Below are positions 1 to 12,257 of a stretch of 64,000 bases of DNA, one piece after another; positions within the stretch are counted from its first letter, which is position 1; every line of letters starts with the position of its first letter. The translations under genes and the position numbers were made by a program. Below the pieces are notes generated by a model. The model had not been told where the DNA came from, made no database searches, and was given only the letters and a program-made list of their open reading frames with translations. This DNA comes from Macrostomum hystrix (lineage: Eukaryota > Animalia > Platyhelminthes), in assembly GCA_950097015.1 (NCBI GenBank), contig CATNEN010000025.1, forward strand, positions 1,674,001 through 1,738,000, written 5' to 3'.

Positions 1-243
1 TGAGCACACACAGACCTGTACACCACTGACTCCCTGAGCACACACAGACCTGTACACCGCTGACTCCCTGAGCACACACAGACCTGTACACCACTGACTC
101 CCTGAACATAAACAGACCTGTACACCACTGACTCCCTGAACATAAACAGACCTGTACACCACTGACTCCCTGAACATAAACAGACCTGTACACCACTGAC
201 TCCCTGAACATAAACAGACATGTACACCACTGACTTCCTGAGC
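1..243. repeat. 34-bp minisatellite (about 7 copies visible, runs off the window start), SINE-family-2 derived
   Basis: Unit TGAGCACACACAGACCTGTACACCACTGACTCCC. Confidence 0.95.
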
Positions 244-676
244 AGTTTCGGTCGCAGACAATTTTATAGACCTGGAAAAAAATCTAAGACACCACGGACT
301 ACCAGCCTAATCTCTTGAGCTCATATGCTAGATTCTACTCATTCTGCGCCTCTTCTCTATCCGCATCGATTTCCCACTTGTTTTGATCCACTGGACTCGA
401 AAATCTCCCCCCGTGTCGAGTTAAGTCGTCCCAGTGAGCAGTTGAACCATCATGGCAACTGGGGAGAGGGCTCAGTGCCTGACATACGCAAGGCGTGAAG
501 TGGAGTGTGAGAGATAGGCTTGAGTGCGGATTGCTCAAAATTCCAGTTCACACACGGAGTCATGCTTGGCACACACTCGAAAATCCGCGTATTCGCTGGG
601 GAATTTACTTTCCAAATCCCTATTATTAGCTTCATCGTTGTCAATCAACCTGACAATTTCTCATGCAGCTCACTCA

Positions 677-2063
677 GTGTGAGTGAGTGAGAGAATGTGT
701 GAGTGAGTGAGAGAATGTGTGAGTGAGTGAGAGAATGTGTGAGTGAGTGAGAGAAAGTGTGAGTGAGTGAGAGAATGTGTGAGTGAGTGAGAGAATGTAT
801 GAGTGAGTGAGAGAATGTGTGAGTGAGTGAGAGAAAGTGTGAGTGAGTGAGAGAATGTGTGAGTGAGTGAGAGAAAGTGTGAGTGAGTGAGAGAATGTGT
901 GAGTGAGTGAGAGAAAGTGTGAGTGAGTGAGAGAAAGTGTGAGTGAGTGAGAGAAAGTGTGAGTGAGTGAGAGAATGTGTAAGTGAGTGAGAGAAAGTGT
1001 GAGTGAGTGAGAGAAAGTGTGAGTGAGTGAGAGAATGTGTGAGTGAGTGAGAGAAAGTGTGAGTGAGTGAGAGAATGTGTGAGTGAGTGAGAGAATGGGT
1101 GAGTGAGTGAGAGAATGTGTGAGTGAGTGAGAGAAAGTGTGAGTGAGTGAGAGAATGTGTGAGTGAGTGAGAGAAAGTGTGAGTGAGTGAGAGAATGTGT
1201 GAGTGAGTGAGAGAAAGTGTGAGTGAGTGAGAGAATGTGTGAGTGAGTGAGAGAAAGTGTGAGTGAGTGAGAGAATGTGTGAGTGAGTGAGAGAATGTGT
1301 GAGTGAGTGAGAGAATGTGTGAGTGAGTGAGAGAAAGTGTGAGTGAGTGAGAGAATGTGTGAGTGAGTGAGAGAATGTATGAGTGAGTGAGAGAATGTGT
1401 GAGTGAGTGAGAGAAAGTGTGAGTGAGTGAGAGAATGTGTGAGTGAGTGAGAGAATGGGTGAGTGAGTGAGAGAATGTGTGAGTGAGTGAGAGAAAGTGT
1501 GAGTGAGTGAGAGAATGTGTGAGTGAGTGAGAGAAAGTGTGAGTGAGTGAGAGAATGTGTGAGTGAGTGAGAGAAAGTGTGAGTGAGTGAGAGAATGTGT
1601 AAGTGAGTGAGAGAAAGTGTGAGTGAGTGAGAGAATGTGTGAGTGAGTGAGAGAATGTGTGAGTGAGTGATAGAATGTGTGAGTGAGTGAGAGAATGTGT
1701 GAATGAGTGAGAGAATGTGTGAATGAGTGAGAGAATATGTGAGTGAGTGAGAGAATATGTGAGTGAGTGAGAGAATGTGTGAGTGAGTGAGAGAATATGT
1801 GAGTGAGTGAGAGAATGTGTGAGTGAGTGAGAGAAAGTGTGAGTGAGTGAGAGAATGTGTGAGTGAGTGAGAGAATGTGTGAGTGAGTGATAGAATGTGT
1901 GAGTGAGTGAGAGAATGGGTGAATGAGTGAGAGAATGTGTGAATGAGTGAGAGAATATGTGAGTGAGTGAGAGAATGTGTGAGTGAGTGAGAGAATGTGT
2001 GAGTGAGTGAGAGAATATGTGAGTGAGTGAGAGAATGTGTGAGTGAGTGAGAGATTGTGTGAG
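677..2063. repeat. 20-bp minisatellite, about 69 copies
   Basis: Unit GTGAGTGAGTGAGAGAATGT with A/T variants. Confidence 0.97.
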
Positions 2064-2510
2064 TTTTTATTCTGTGTGAATGTGACTGAGGCTAAGCTGG
2101 AAACTACAGGTTGGCAGCAAGAACTCCGCTTTCTGCTTTTGATGTTAAGCCGATAGGGAATGGAACGCAGGCGCCGCCGTTACACAAATAGGCCGATTAT
2201 CGCTAGCATGTTTGCCAGGATTTGCGCCGCGTAGCAACCAAAAAGCATTTATCTTGCCTCGTGTTTGCTTGGCCTAGGGAGGGTTTGGACAGGTTTAGAG
2301 TCGATATTTAATACTCTTTATCGACGAAAATTCGTTTTTTGTTACTTTTCGCGAGGCTTACCTTGAGGAAAAGAAAATTTAGAGAAATTTTATGATACAT
2401 TATTTTCACAAAATGGTTGGAGTCTTAAGTGGGGATTGCTTGAATCTTTGATACTGTGAGCACTTCTCAGAAAATGAAATAGGATAGAAGTTGGATAAAA
2501 TTAGACAGAT

Positions 2511-2770
2511 GTAGCGTTGACTGTAGTTGAGCGCGCTCGCTGCTCGCACCAAGGTCCCTGAGCACGATTCTGCGGCGAGGCCACATTCATTTGGGACGCA
2601 GCTGTAGAGAAGGCTTGGGGGCTTTACACCCTAGAGGGCCAACTGCCTGACGATGAGAAAGTCAGGGCAGATGTACACACGTGTGCCTGCGTACGGTATC
2701 TGTGTGCGTGTGTGCTCAGGAGTCAGCGGAATGGGTGGAATTGCCTCCTCGCTGGCTGCGGGTCTATGTT
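2511..2770 (+). mobile_element. SINE family 2 copy
   Basis: Shares CTCGCACCAAGGTCCCTGAG, CACATTCATTTGGG, ACTGCCTGACGATGAGAAAGTCAGGGCAGATGTACACAC and GAATTGCCTCCTC with 23707-24055. Confidence 0.78.
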
Positions 2771-2915
2771 GCATATATTATTGCTAATATACTTGTAGAA
2801 TAAAATGGATCCACTCAGGATAGAATGGAATAGTATTAGAATAGAACTAGCCATTTAGCCCCCTCCGGGTGGCACAAACATAATACCTTCCACTGGTAAC
2901 ACATAGACAAACACG

Positions 2916-3522
2916 CCCCCTTTAGCAGATAACAATGTCCCCTTTAGCAGATAACAATGTCCCCCCTTTAGCAGATAACAATGTCCCCTTTAGCAGATAA
3001 CAATGTCCCCTTTAGCAGATAACAATGTCCCCTTTAGCAGATAACAATGTCCCCTTTAGCAGATAACAATGTCCCCTTTAGCAGATAACAATGTCCCCTT
3101 TAGCAGATAACAATGTCCCCTTTAGCAGATAACAATGTCCCCTTTAGCAGATAACAATGTCCCCCCTTTAGCAGATAACAATGTCCCCTTTAGCAGATAA
3201 CAATGTCCCCTTTAGCAGATAACAATGTCCCCTTTAGCAGATAACAATGTCCCCTTTAGCAGATAACAATGTCCCCTTTAGCAGATAACAATGTCCCCTT
3301 TAGCAGATAACAATGTCCCCTTTAGCAGATAACAATGTCCCCCCTTTAGCAGATAACAATGTCCCCTTTAGCAGATAACAATGTCCCCTTTAGCAGATAA
3401 CAATGTCCCCTTTAGCAGATAACAATGTCCCCTTTAGCAGATAACAATGTCCCCTTTAGCAGATAACAATGTCCCCTTTAGCAGATAACAATGTCCCCTT
3501 TAGCAGATAACAATGTCCCCCC
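2916..3522. repeat. 22-bp minisatellite, about 27 copies
   Basis: Unit CCCCTTTAGCAGATAACAATGT. Confidence 0.97.
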
Positions 3523-3585
3523 AGCTGGCAAAAAATATTCTGCCTAAAATAAAACAAACTAACATTCTTAACAGAAAGTTAGAAG

Positions 3586-4100
3586 CCCTTGATATATCAT
3601 GCTATCCTCATGCTGTCTCATGTTATATCCTTGATATATCATGCTATCCACATGCTGTCTCATGTTATATCCTTGATATGTCATTCTTTTTCCCTCGATA
3701 AACAATGCTAAGAAAGCTAGCAAAGCATATTTTCTTTTTGTTTCTTGATATCTCCTCGATAAATCATGCTAGCCCTTTGATATATCATGCTAGCCCTTTG
3801 ATATATCATGCCAGCCCTTTGATATATCACGCTAGCCCTTTGATATATCATGCTAGCCCTTTGATATATCATGCTATACCTCGACAATTCATACTTTCCC
3901 CTCGACAAGGCATGCTACCCACGCGATAATTTATACTATGCGACTGTCAACATTTGATGAAGTTCCCTCAATAATACATGCTGTTCCCTCGAAAACTTAT
4001 GCCGTCCGGTCAATAATTTATGCTTAACCCAAAATTAATAATGCTACCCCTTGTTAAATTCTGCTACCCCATTGACAAAGCATGCTATCCGCTCAAAAAA
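3586..4100. repeat. Old 21/42-bp tandem repeat, homogeneous at 3586-3880 and decaying to about 4100
   Basis: Units CCCTTTGATATATCATGCTAG and a 42-bp dimer; degenerate CATGCTACCC units continue to 4100. Confidence 0.8.
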
Positions 4101-4132
4101 TCATTCCATCGGAATGGAATAGTTTTGTGACA

Positions 4133-7100
4133 GAATGGAACAGTTGTGGGATGAAATGGAACAGTTGTGGGATGAAATGGAACAGTTGTGGGATGAAATG
4201 GAACAGTTGTGGGACGAAATAGAACAGTTGTGGGATGAAGTGGAACAGTTGTGGGATGAAATGGAACAGTTGTGGGATGAAATGGAACAGTTGTGGGATA
4301 AAATAGAACAGTTGTGGGATAAAATAGAACAGTTGTGGGATGAAATGGAATAGTTGTGGGATGAAATGGAACAGTTGTGGGATGAAATGGAATAGTTGTG
4401 GGATGAAATGGAACAGTTGTGGGATGAAATGGAACAGTTGTGGGATGAAATAGAACAGTTGTGGGATGAAATGGAACAGTTGTGGGATGAAATGGAACAG
4501 TTGTGGGATGAAATGGAACAGTTGTGGGATGAAATGGAACAGTTGTGGGATGAAATGGAACAGTTGTGGGATGAAATGGAACAGTTGTGGGATGAAATGG
4601 AACAGTTGTGGGATGAAGTGGAATAGTTGTGGGATGAAATGGAACAGTTGTGGGATGAAATGGAACAGTTGTGGGATGAAATAGAACAGTTGTGGGATGA
4701 AATGGAACAGTTGTGGGATGAAATGGAACAGTTGTGGGATGAAATGGAACAGTTGTGGGATGAAATGGAACAGTTGTGGGATGAAGTGGAATAGTTGTGG
4801 GATGAAATGGAACAGTTGTGGGATGAAATGGAACAGTTGTGGGATGAAATAGAACAGTTGTGGGATGAAATGGAATAGTTGTGGGATGAAATGGAATAGT
4901 TGTGGGATGAAGTGGAATAGTTGTGGGATGAAATGGAACAGTTGTGGGATGAAATGGAATAGTTGTGGGATGAAATGGAATAGTTGTGGGATGAAGTGGA
5001 ATAGTTGTGGGATGAAATGGAATAGTTGTGGGATGAAATGGAACAGTTGTGGGATGAAATGGAATAGTTGTGGGATGAAATGGAATAGTTGTGGGATGAA
5101 GTGGAATAGTTGTGGGATGAAATGGAACAGTTGTGGGATGAAATGGAATAGTTGTGGGATGAAATGGAACAGTTGTGGGATGAAATGGAACAGTTGTGGG
5201 ATGAAGTGGAATAGTTGTGGGATGAAGTGGAATAGTTGTGGGATGAAATGGAACAGTTGTGGGATGAAATGGAATAGTTGTGGGATGAAATGGAATAGTT
5301 GTGGGATGAAATGGAACAGTTGTGGGATGAAGTGGAATAGTTGTGGGATGAAGTGGAATAGTTGTGGGATGAAATGGAATAGTTGTGGGATGAAATGGAA
5401 TAGTTGTGGGATGAAGTGGAATAGTTGTGGGATGAAATGGAACAGTTGTGGGATGAAATGGAACAGTTGTGGGATGAAATGGAATAGTTGTGGGATGAAA
5501 TGGAACAGTTGTGGGATGAAGTGGAATAGTTGTGGGATGAAATGGAATAGTTGTGGGATGAAGTGGAATAGTAGTGGGATGAAATGGAATAGTTGTGGGA
5601 TGAAATGGAACAGTTGTGGGATGAAATGGAATAGTTGTGGGATGAAATGGAACAGTTGTGGGATGAAATGGAACAGTTGTGGGATGAAATGGAACAGTTG
5701 TGGGATGAAGTGGAATAGTTGTGGGATGAAATGGAACAGTTGTGGGATGAAGTGGAATAGTTGTGGGATGAAATGGAATAGTTGTGGGATGAAATGGAAC
5801 AGTTGTGGGATGAAATGGAATAGTTGTGGGATGAAATGGAACAGTTGTGGGATGAAGTGGAATAGTTGTGGGATGAAGTGGAATAGTTGTGGGATGAAAT
5901 GGAACAGTTGTGGGATGAAATGGAACAGTTGAGGGATGAAATGGAACAGTTGTGGGATGAAATGGAACAGTTGTGGGATGAAATGGAATAGTTGTGGGAT
6001 GAAATGGAACAGTTGTGGGATGAAGTGGAATAGTTGTGGGATGAAATGGAACAGTTGTGGGATGAAATGGAACAGTTGTGGGATGAAATGGAATAGTTGT
6101 GGGATGAAATGGAACAGTTGTGGGATGAAATGGAACAGTTGTGGGATGAAATGGAACAGTTGTGGGATGAAGTGGAACAGTTGTGGGATGAAATGGAACA
6201 GTTGTGGGATAAAATAGAACAGTTGTGGGATGAAATGGAACAGTTGTGGGATGAAATGGAATAGTTGTGGGATGAAATGGAACAGTTGTGGGATAAAATG
6301 GAACAGTTGTGGGATGAAGTGGAACAGTTGTGGGATGAAATGGAACAGTTGTGGGATGAAATAGAACAGTTGTGGGATGAAATGGAACAGTTGTGGGATG
6401 AAATGGAATAGTTGTGGGATGAAATGGAATAGTTGTGGGATAAAATGGAACAGTTGTGGGATAAAATGGAACAGTTGTGGGATGAAGTGGAACAGTTGTG
6501 GGATGAAATGGAACAGTTGTGGGATGAAGTGGAACAGTTGTGGGATGAAATGGAACAGTTGTGGGATGAAATAGAACAGTTGTGGGATGAAATGGAACAG
6601 TTGTGGGATGAAATGGAATAGTTGTGGGATGAAATGGAACAGTTGTGGGATGAAATGGAATAGTTGTGGGATAAAATGGAACAGTTGTGGGATAAAATGG
6701 AACAGTTGTGGGATGAAGTGGAACAGTTGTGGGATGAAATGGAACAGTTGTGGGATAAAATGGAACAGTTGTGGGATAAAATGGAACAGTTGTGGGATGA
6801 AGTGGAACAGTTGTGGGATTAAGTGGAACAGTTGTGGGATGAAGTGGAACAGTTGTGGGATGAAATGGAACAGTTGTGGGATAAAATAGAACAGTTGTGG
6901 GATGAAATGGAACAGTTGTGGGATAAAATGGAACAGTTGTGGGATAAAATGGAACAGTTGTGGGATGAAATGGAACAGTTGTGGGATGAAATGGAACAGT
7001 TGTGGGATAAAATGGAACAGTTGTGGGATGAAATGGAACAGTTGTGGGATGAAGTGGAATAGTTGTGGGATGAAATGGAACAGTTGTGGGATAAAATAGA

Positions 7101-7245
7101 ACAGTTGTGGGATGAAGTGGAACAGTTGTGGGATGAAATAGAACAGTTGTGGGATGAAATAGAACAGTTGTGGGATGAAATAGAACAGTTGTGGGATGAA
7201 ATTGAACAGTTGTGGGATGAAGTGGAACAGTTGTGGGATGAAATG
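4133..7245. repeat. 21-bp minisatellite, about 148 copies
   Basis: Unit CAGTTGTGGGATGAAATGGAA; no indels seen. Confidence 0.98.
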
Positions 7246-8159
7246 CCGAAGCACTATCCGTTGAAGCAGGAATGATAAGGAAGGCGATTATAAAAGTGCA
7301 AAGTCGGCATTCTCAAGGAAAATGATTTAAGTAGCTTCACATTGTATGGAAAGGCACAGTTGCTTGAGTTTTGAGTCCAGGAGCAATCGATAATGGATAA
7401 AGGTCCCATGCGGTGGTGTCCAATGGGTCCCAGTGCAATTACTGTCATCCGAGCAGCAAAATTGACACGAAAAAGTGTTTTTTTTCGTCCGCCAAGCCAC
7501 TTCATACTGATGAGCTCATTTTAAGCATCCTTTTTTAACTTCCCCAGCCGCAGAGAAGAGGCCTGAGCATGAAACACCAGAAGATGAGGATCACAAAAAA
7601 AATTTGGGAAACAAAAATTCCGGAATCATCCGGATTCGCTGCATGGCAACCAGGATGCACGGGTAGTTTATCTGTCTTTTTTCAGTCACACCTAAGAGGA
7701 TTAGATTGCGTGCCTGACAACCAGGAGATGGAAACAGAAATGTGTCCCTTGTCTGCTCCTAGGAGTGATCTACTATCGTGCCATATTTTCCCTCCGATTC
7801 TGATTGGTCCGTCGAGTTTAAGGCCTCTTAATTCTGTTGGCTTTCCCCAATCGAAGATAAATAGCATTGACCCGGCACCACCCAGATCCCCTACTCGCTG
7901 CCGAGCTCCAACTGACCTACTCAACATTTCTGAGCAGATTGTTTCGCCTGGCGCTGAAGTCGACTAGAAAAAACGTCCAGGTTTTCAAGTCGCAGGTGCA
8001 ACTAGTAATCGTGAGTGTGGTAAATTTAGACATTGCCTGAATTCAGTCGAGTGCCATCCAGTTGCAAGCCGATACAATGTAAAGATTGTCTAATTAGATA
8101 CAAGCCTGGAGTCCCATATGTCTATACGCTGCGCAACCATTTCAGGAGTGCTTTTTGAG

Positions 8160-10512
8160 ATGGCCCCAATTACGGGCTATCGGGTCCTGGTGATTGCGGC
8201 TCTGGTTCTAGTCAGCACTGCTGGAGCCTCGCAGCAGCAGCAGCAGCAGTCAGTAAATTTGCCACGTCGTCATCGCCCGCACGTGCTTTCCGCCCATTGC
8301 GGACGCAACCGGTTCAACACCGGATACTCCGCCTACCTGGCCGCCCTGCTCACCAGCCGCAGACGTCGTCGGGAGGCTCAGGATCCGCTGCCGCTGTCAC
8401 CGGAGATCGTCAAGCGAATCGTCGGCGGCCAGTGGTCCACCAGCGGTCAATGGCCCTGGCTGGTGAGTGGATCAAGGATGATGCAAAAATGTGGAGAAAA
8501 AAGCTTAGGATTTCTGACGGGAGGTCTTGAGTTCGAATCACAGAATAAAGGAAATAATTTGCATTCTTGAGAAATATGTAAGGCACAATAAAATTTCTTA
8601 AATTTATATTTAAAGAATTTAGCATATCCCTAATCTACTCGTATATTGATCGCTCACTATCCTGCTCAATTTGCATCCGCCAGTCCTCTCCCTACTCAAT
8701 CTGCCAATCCTCTCCCTACTCAATCCGCCAATCCTCTCGCTGCTCAATCCACCCATCCTCTCACTACTCAATCCGCCAATTCTCTCCCTGCTCAATCCGC
8801 CCATCCACTCACTACTCAATCCGCCCATCCTCTCCCTACTCAATCCGCCAATCCTTTCCCTACTCAATCCGCCCATCCTCTCCCTACTCAATCCGCCAAT
8901 CCTCTGCCTACTCAATCCGCCCATCCTCTGCCTACTCAATCCGCCCATCCTCTGCCTACTCAATCCGCCCATCCTCTCACTACTCAATCCGCCAATCCTC
9001 TCCCTACTCAATCCGCCTATCCTCTCCCTACTCAATCCGCCCATCCTCTCCCTACTCAATCCGCCAATCCTCTGCCTACTCAATCCGCCAATCCTCTGCC
9101 TACTCAATCCGCCCATCCTCTGCCTACTCAATCCGCCCATCCTCTGCCTACTCAATCCGCCCATCCTCTGCCTACTCAATCCGCCCATCCTCTGCCTACT
9201 CAATCCGCCAATCCTCTGCCTACTCAATCAGCCAATCCTCTGCCTACTCAATCCGCCAATCCTCTGCCTACTCAATCCGCCAATCCTCTGCCTACTCAAT
9301 CCGCCAATCCTCTGCCTACTCAATCCGCCAATCCTCTCCCTACTCAATCCGCCCATCCTCTGCCTACTCAATCTCGCCAGGTGAGTCTACGCTTTCGACA
9401 GTCCAGCGGACCTCACCGGCACCTGTGCGGCGGCACCCTCATCCATCCGCGCTGGGTGCTGACCGCGGCCCATTGCTTCGAGAAGAACTCCGCCTATCCT
9501 GAGATTAACTCCGACGCCAGCAACTGGCTGATCCGCGTCGGCGAGCACGACATGTCCGTGGACAACGACTCCAGCCACTCAGACATCCAGGCCCTCCGTG
9601 TGCTCGTTAACCCCGGCAGGCGGCTGTCCTACAACGACATCGCCCTGGTTGAGCTGTCTCAGGAGACTCCGATTACTGAGAACAAGAATGTGGCCTGCCT
9701 GCCTGGGGCCAATGTGAGGCCCGTTTGGGATTTCGGCGAACAGTGATTATTTGGGTTATGCATTTTTGTATATCTTTGAAATTTGGATGCGGGAAAATTA
9801 GGATTCTGGAAATTAGGAATTTAGAAATTAGGATTTTGAAATTTGATTCTGGAAACTGTGATTCGGGGAATAAGTATTCGGAAGTTAGGATTCGGGAAAT
9901 TAGGAATCGGGATTCATGGAATCGGGACTCATGGAATCGGGACTCATGGAATCGGGACTCATAGAATCGGGACTCATAGAATCGGGACTCATGGAATCGG
10001 GACTCATAGAATCGGGACTCGTGGAATCTGGACTCATAGAATCGGGACTCATGGAATCGGGACTCATGGAATCGGCCACCAACCCGCAGGACCGCTTCCC
10101 GCCGGGCACCCATTGCTTCACGGCCGGCTGGGGCCAGGAGTCAGAGACCAGCGCCCAACACTCGGCCATCCTTCGCCACGTTGACGTCCCCGTGGTGTCT
10201 AACGCCGAGTGCGCCACCGCCTACCGCGGCCTAGCCGAAGAATTCGCCGCGGCCGGCCCGGAGTACGCCAGCTTCGCTGACATCACCGACCGGATGATGT
10301 GCGCCGGCCTGAAGGAGGGCGGCCGGGACAGCTGCCAGTTCGACAGCGGTGGCCCCCTGATGTGCCGTAACCTCGCCGAGCCGGATCAGTGGCTAGTTGT
10401 CGGCGTCATCTCATACGGCTACGGATGCGGGAGGCAGGGCTTCCCCGGAGTGTACACTCGCGTAGCGGCCTACCTGGACTGGATTAAAGGTGTGACCGAC
10501 TATTACACATGA
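8160..10512 (+). CDS. Secreted trypsin-like serine protease (S1A), about 352 aa, 3 exons: 8160-8462, 9381-9713, 10090-10512
   Basis: Signal peptide [23 protein letters not shown]. Propeptide carries a Cys (HCGR) and RRRRR; activation site KR|IVGG. Motifs: WPWL|[20 protein letters not shown] (His57), YNDIALV (Asp102), [10 protein letters not shown] (Asp189, Ser195), PGVYTRV. Both introns are GT-AG and phase 0 (8463-9380, 9714-10089). An upstream in-frame ATG at 8118 is also possible. Confidence 0.93.
8684..9372. repeat. 24-bp minisatellite in protease intron 1
   Basis: Unit CCTACTCAATCCGCCAATCCTCTG, ending 8 nt before the exon 2 start. Confidence 0.97.
9905..10074. repeat. 15-bp minisatellite in protease intron 2
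   Basis: Unit ATGGAATCGGGACTC, ending about 15 nt before the acceptor. Confidence 0.95.
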
Positions 10513-10802
10513 GAGATTGGCCCGAACACCTGGCCAGAGTGCAGCTAGACGGCGAAACTGGTTCCAAAAACTTTTAAATTTGACGATGAGATTTTGAACA
10601 GAACTTATTGAAGCTTGGATTGTTAAGTTTCAAATTAGCAAGAAAATTTTGTTGTGAGAAAATATATTTCTGATGAAAGGCCGTTCCCTTGACTCCACCG
10701 CCGCTTGAGTGGCAACTAGCAAATTCACGTTTTTATGGTGTTAGCTTTGACTTTTTTTCTCTAAAATAACCACTTTGAAGCAAAATTGCACACACTTTAG
10801 AT

Positions 10803-11625
10803 CACCCTACATTCTCCCTTCCCTTCTGCCTAAATTCTCTCTTCCCTTCTCCCTACATTCTCCCTTCCCTTCTCCCTACATTCTCCCTTCCCTTCTCCCT
10901 ACATTCTCCCTTCCCTTCTGCCTAAATTCTCTCTTCCCTTCTCCCTACATTCTCCCTTCCCTTCTCCCTAAATTCTCTCTTCCCTTCTCCCTACATTCTC
11001 CCTTCCCTTCACCCTACATTCTCCCTTCCCTTCTCCCTACATTCTCTCTTCCCTTCTCCCTACATTCTCTCTTCCCTTCTCCCTACATTCTCCCTTCCCT
11101 TCACCCTACATTCTCCCTTCCCTTCTCCCTACATTCTCTCTTCCCTTCTCCCTACATTCTCCCTTCCCTTCACCCTACATTCTCCCTTCCCTTCTCCCTA
11201 CATTCTCTCTTCCCTTCTCCCTACATTCTCCCTTCCCTTCACCCTACATTCTCCCTTCCCTTCTCCCTACATTCTCTCTTCCCTTCTCCCTACATTCTCC
11301 CTTCCCTTCTCCCTACATTCTCCCTTCCCTTCTGCCTAAATTCTCTCTTCCCTTCTCCCTACATTCTCCCTTCCCTTCTGCCTAAATTCTCTCTTCCCTT
11401 CTCCCTACATTCTCCCTTCCCTTCTCCCTAAATTCTCTCTTCCCTTCTCCCTAAATTCTCTCTTCCCTTCTCCCTAAATTCTCCCTTCCCTTCTCCCTAC
11501 ATTCTCCCTTCCCTTCTCCTTACATTCTCCCTTCCCTTCACCCTACATTCTCCCTTCCCTTCACCCTACATTCTCCCTTCCCTTCACCCTAAATTCTCTC
11601 TTCCCTTCTCGCTACATTTTCCCTT
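10803..11625. repeat. 23-bp pyrimidine-rich minisatellite
   Basis: Unit CTACATTCTCCCTTCCCTTCTCC. Confidence 0.96.
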
Positions 11626-12257
11626 CTCATCCCAGTCATCACCTCAAATTTCTTATTCGTTATAGATTGATCCACGTATTTCTTTAATCCTATGGCTACT
11701 GCGCTCAACTCCAAGCAACTTTTGCTGTTTTTTAGCTCACAATTTTTCGACCTACAGCTAAAATTTTCAAAGAAAAAAATAACCAAAGATAGATTGGCAA
11801 AAAATATGACACTGACTGAGAAATAAATATTTATTCTTACTGTGATAAACTAGTTGATCAAATTAGCATTCAAGCACTTAAATGTGAGTTATGAGCATGA
11901 GCACTTGATAGTATCCTGAGCAACTCGAGCACGCAAAACAATATTTCCCCAACTGGGGTTCGAAAATTGATCTATGCATGAATACGAGCCAGACTGATCG
12001 CTGGCACTTAGCAAGCGATGCTCTGGAATAAAGTACATTTAGAAAGTGAGAAACATCCAGACTGTATTTCCTAGATACAGAACTATTTCGTTTGGCTCGG
12101 ATTCCGCTAAGGATAAATATATTTCAACATGGGACGAATATCAAATTAAGCATCCTAGCGTAACATCAGCAAGTCCTGCAATGAGCCAATAAAAATAGGA
12201 GCGTAGGTCAAATTAGAAAAAAAACTTTTTACCTTTAGTGAAGGTAGGAGTCAAGGT

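Noticed and set aside
335-650. Possible terminal exons of a minus-strand gene
   Set aside because: The peptides look plausible, but no phase-consistent model or family motif could be found.
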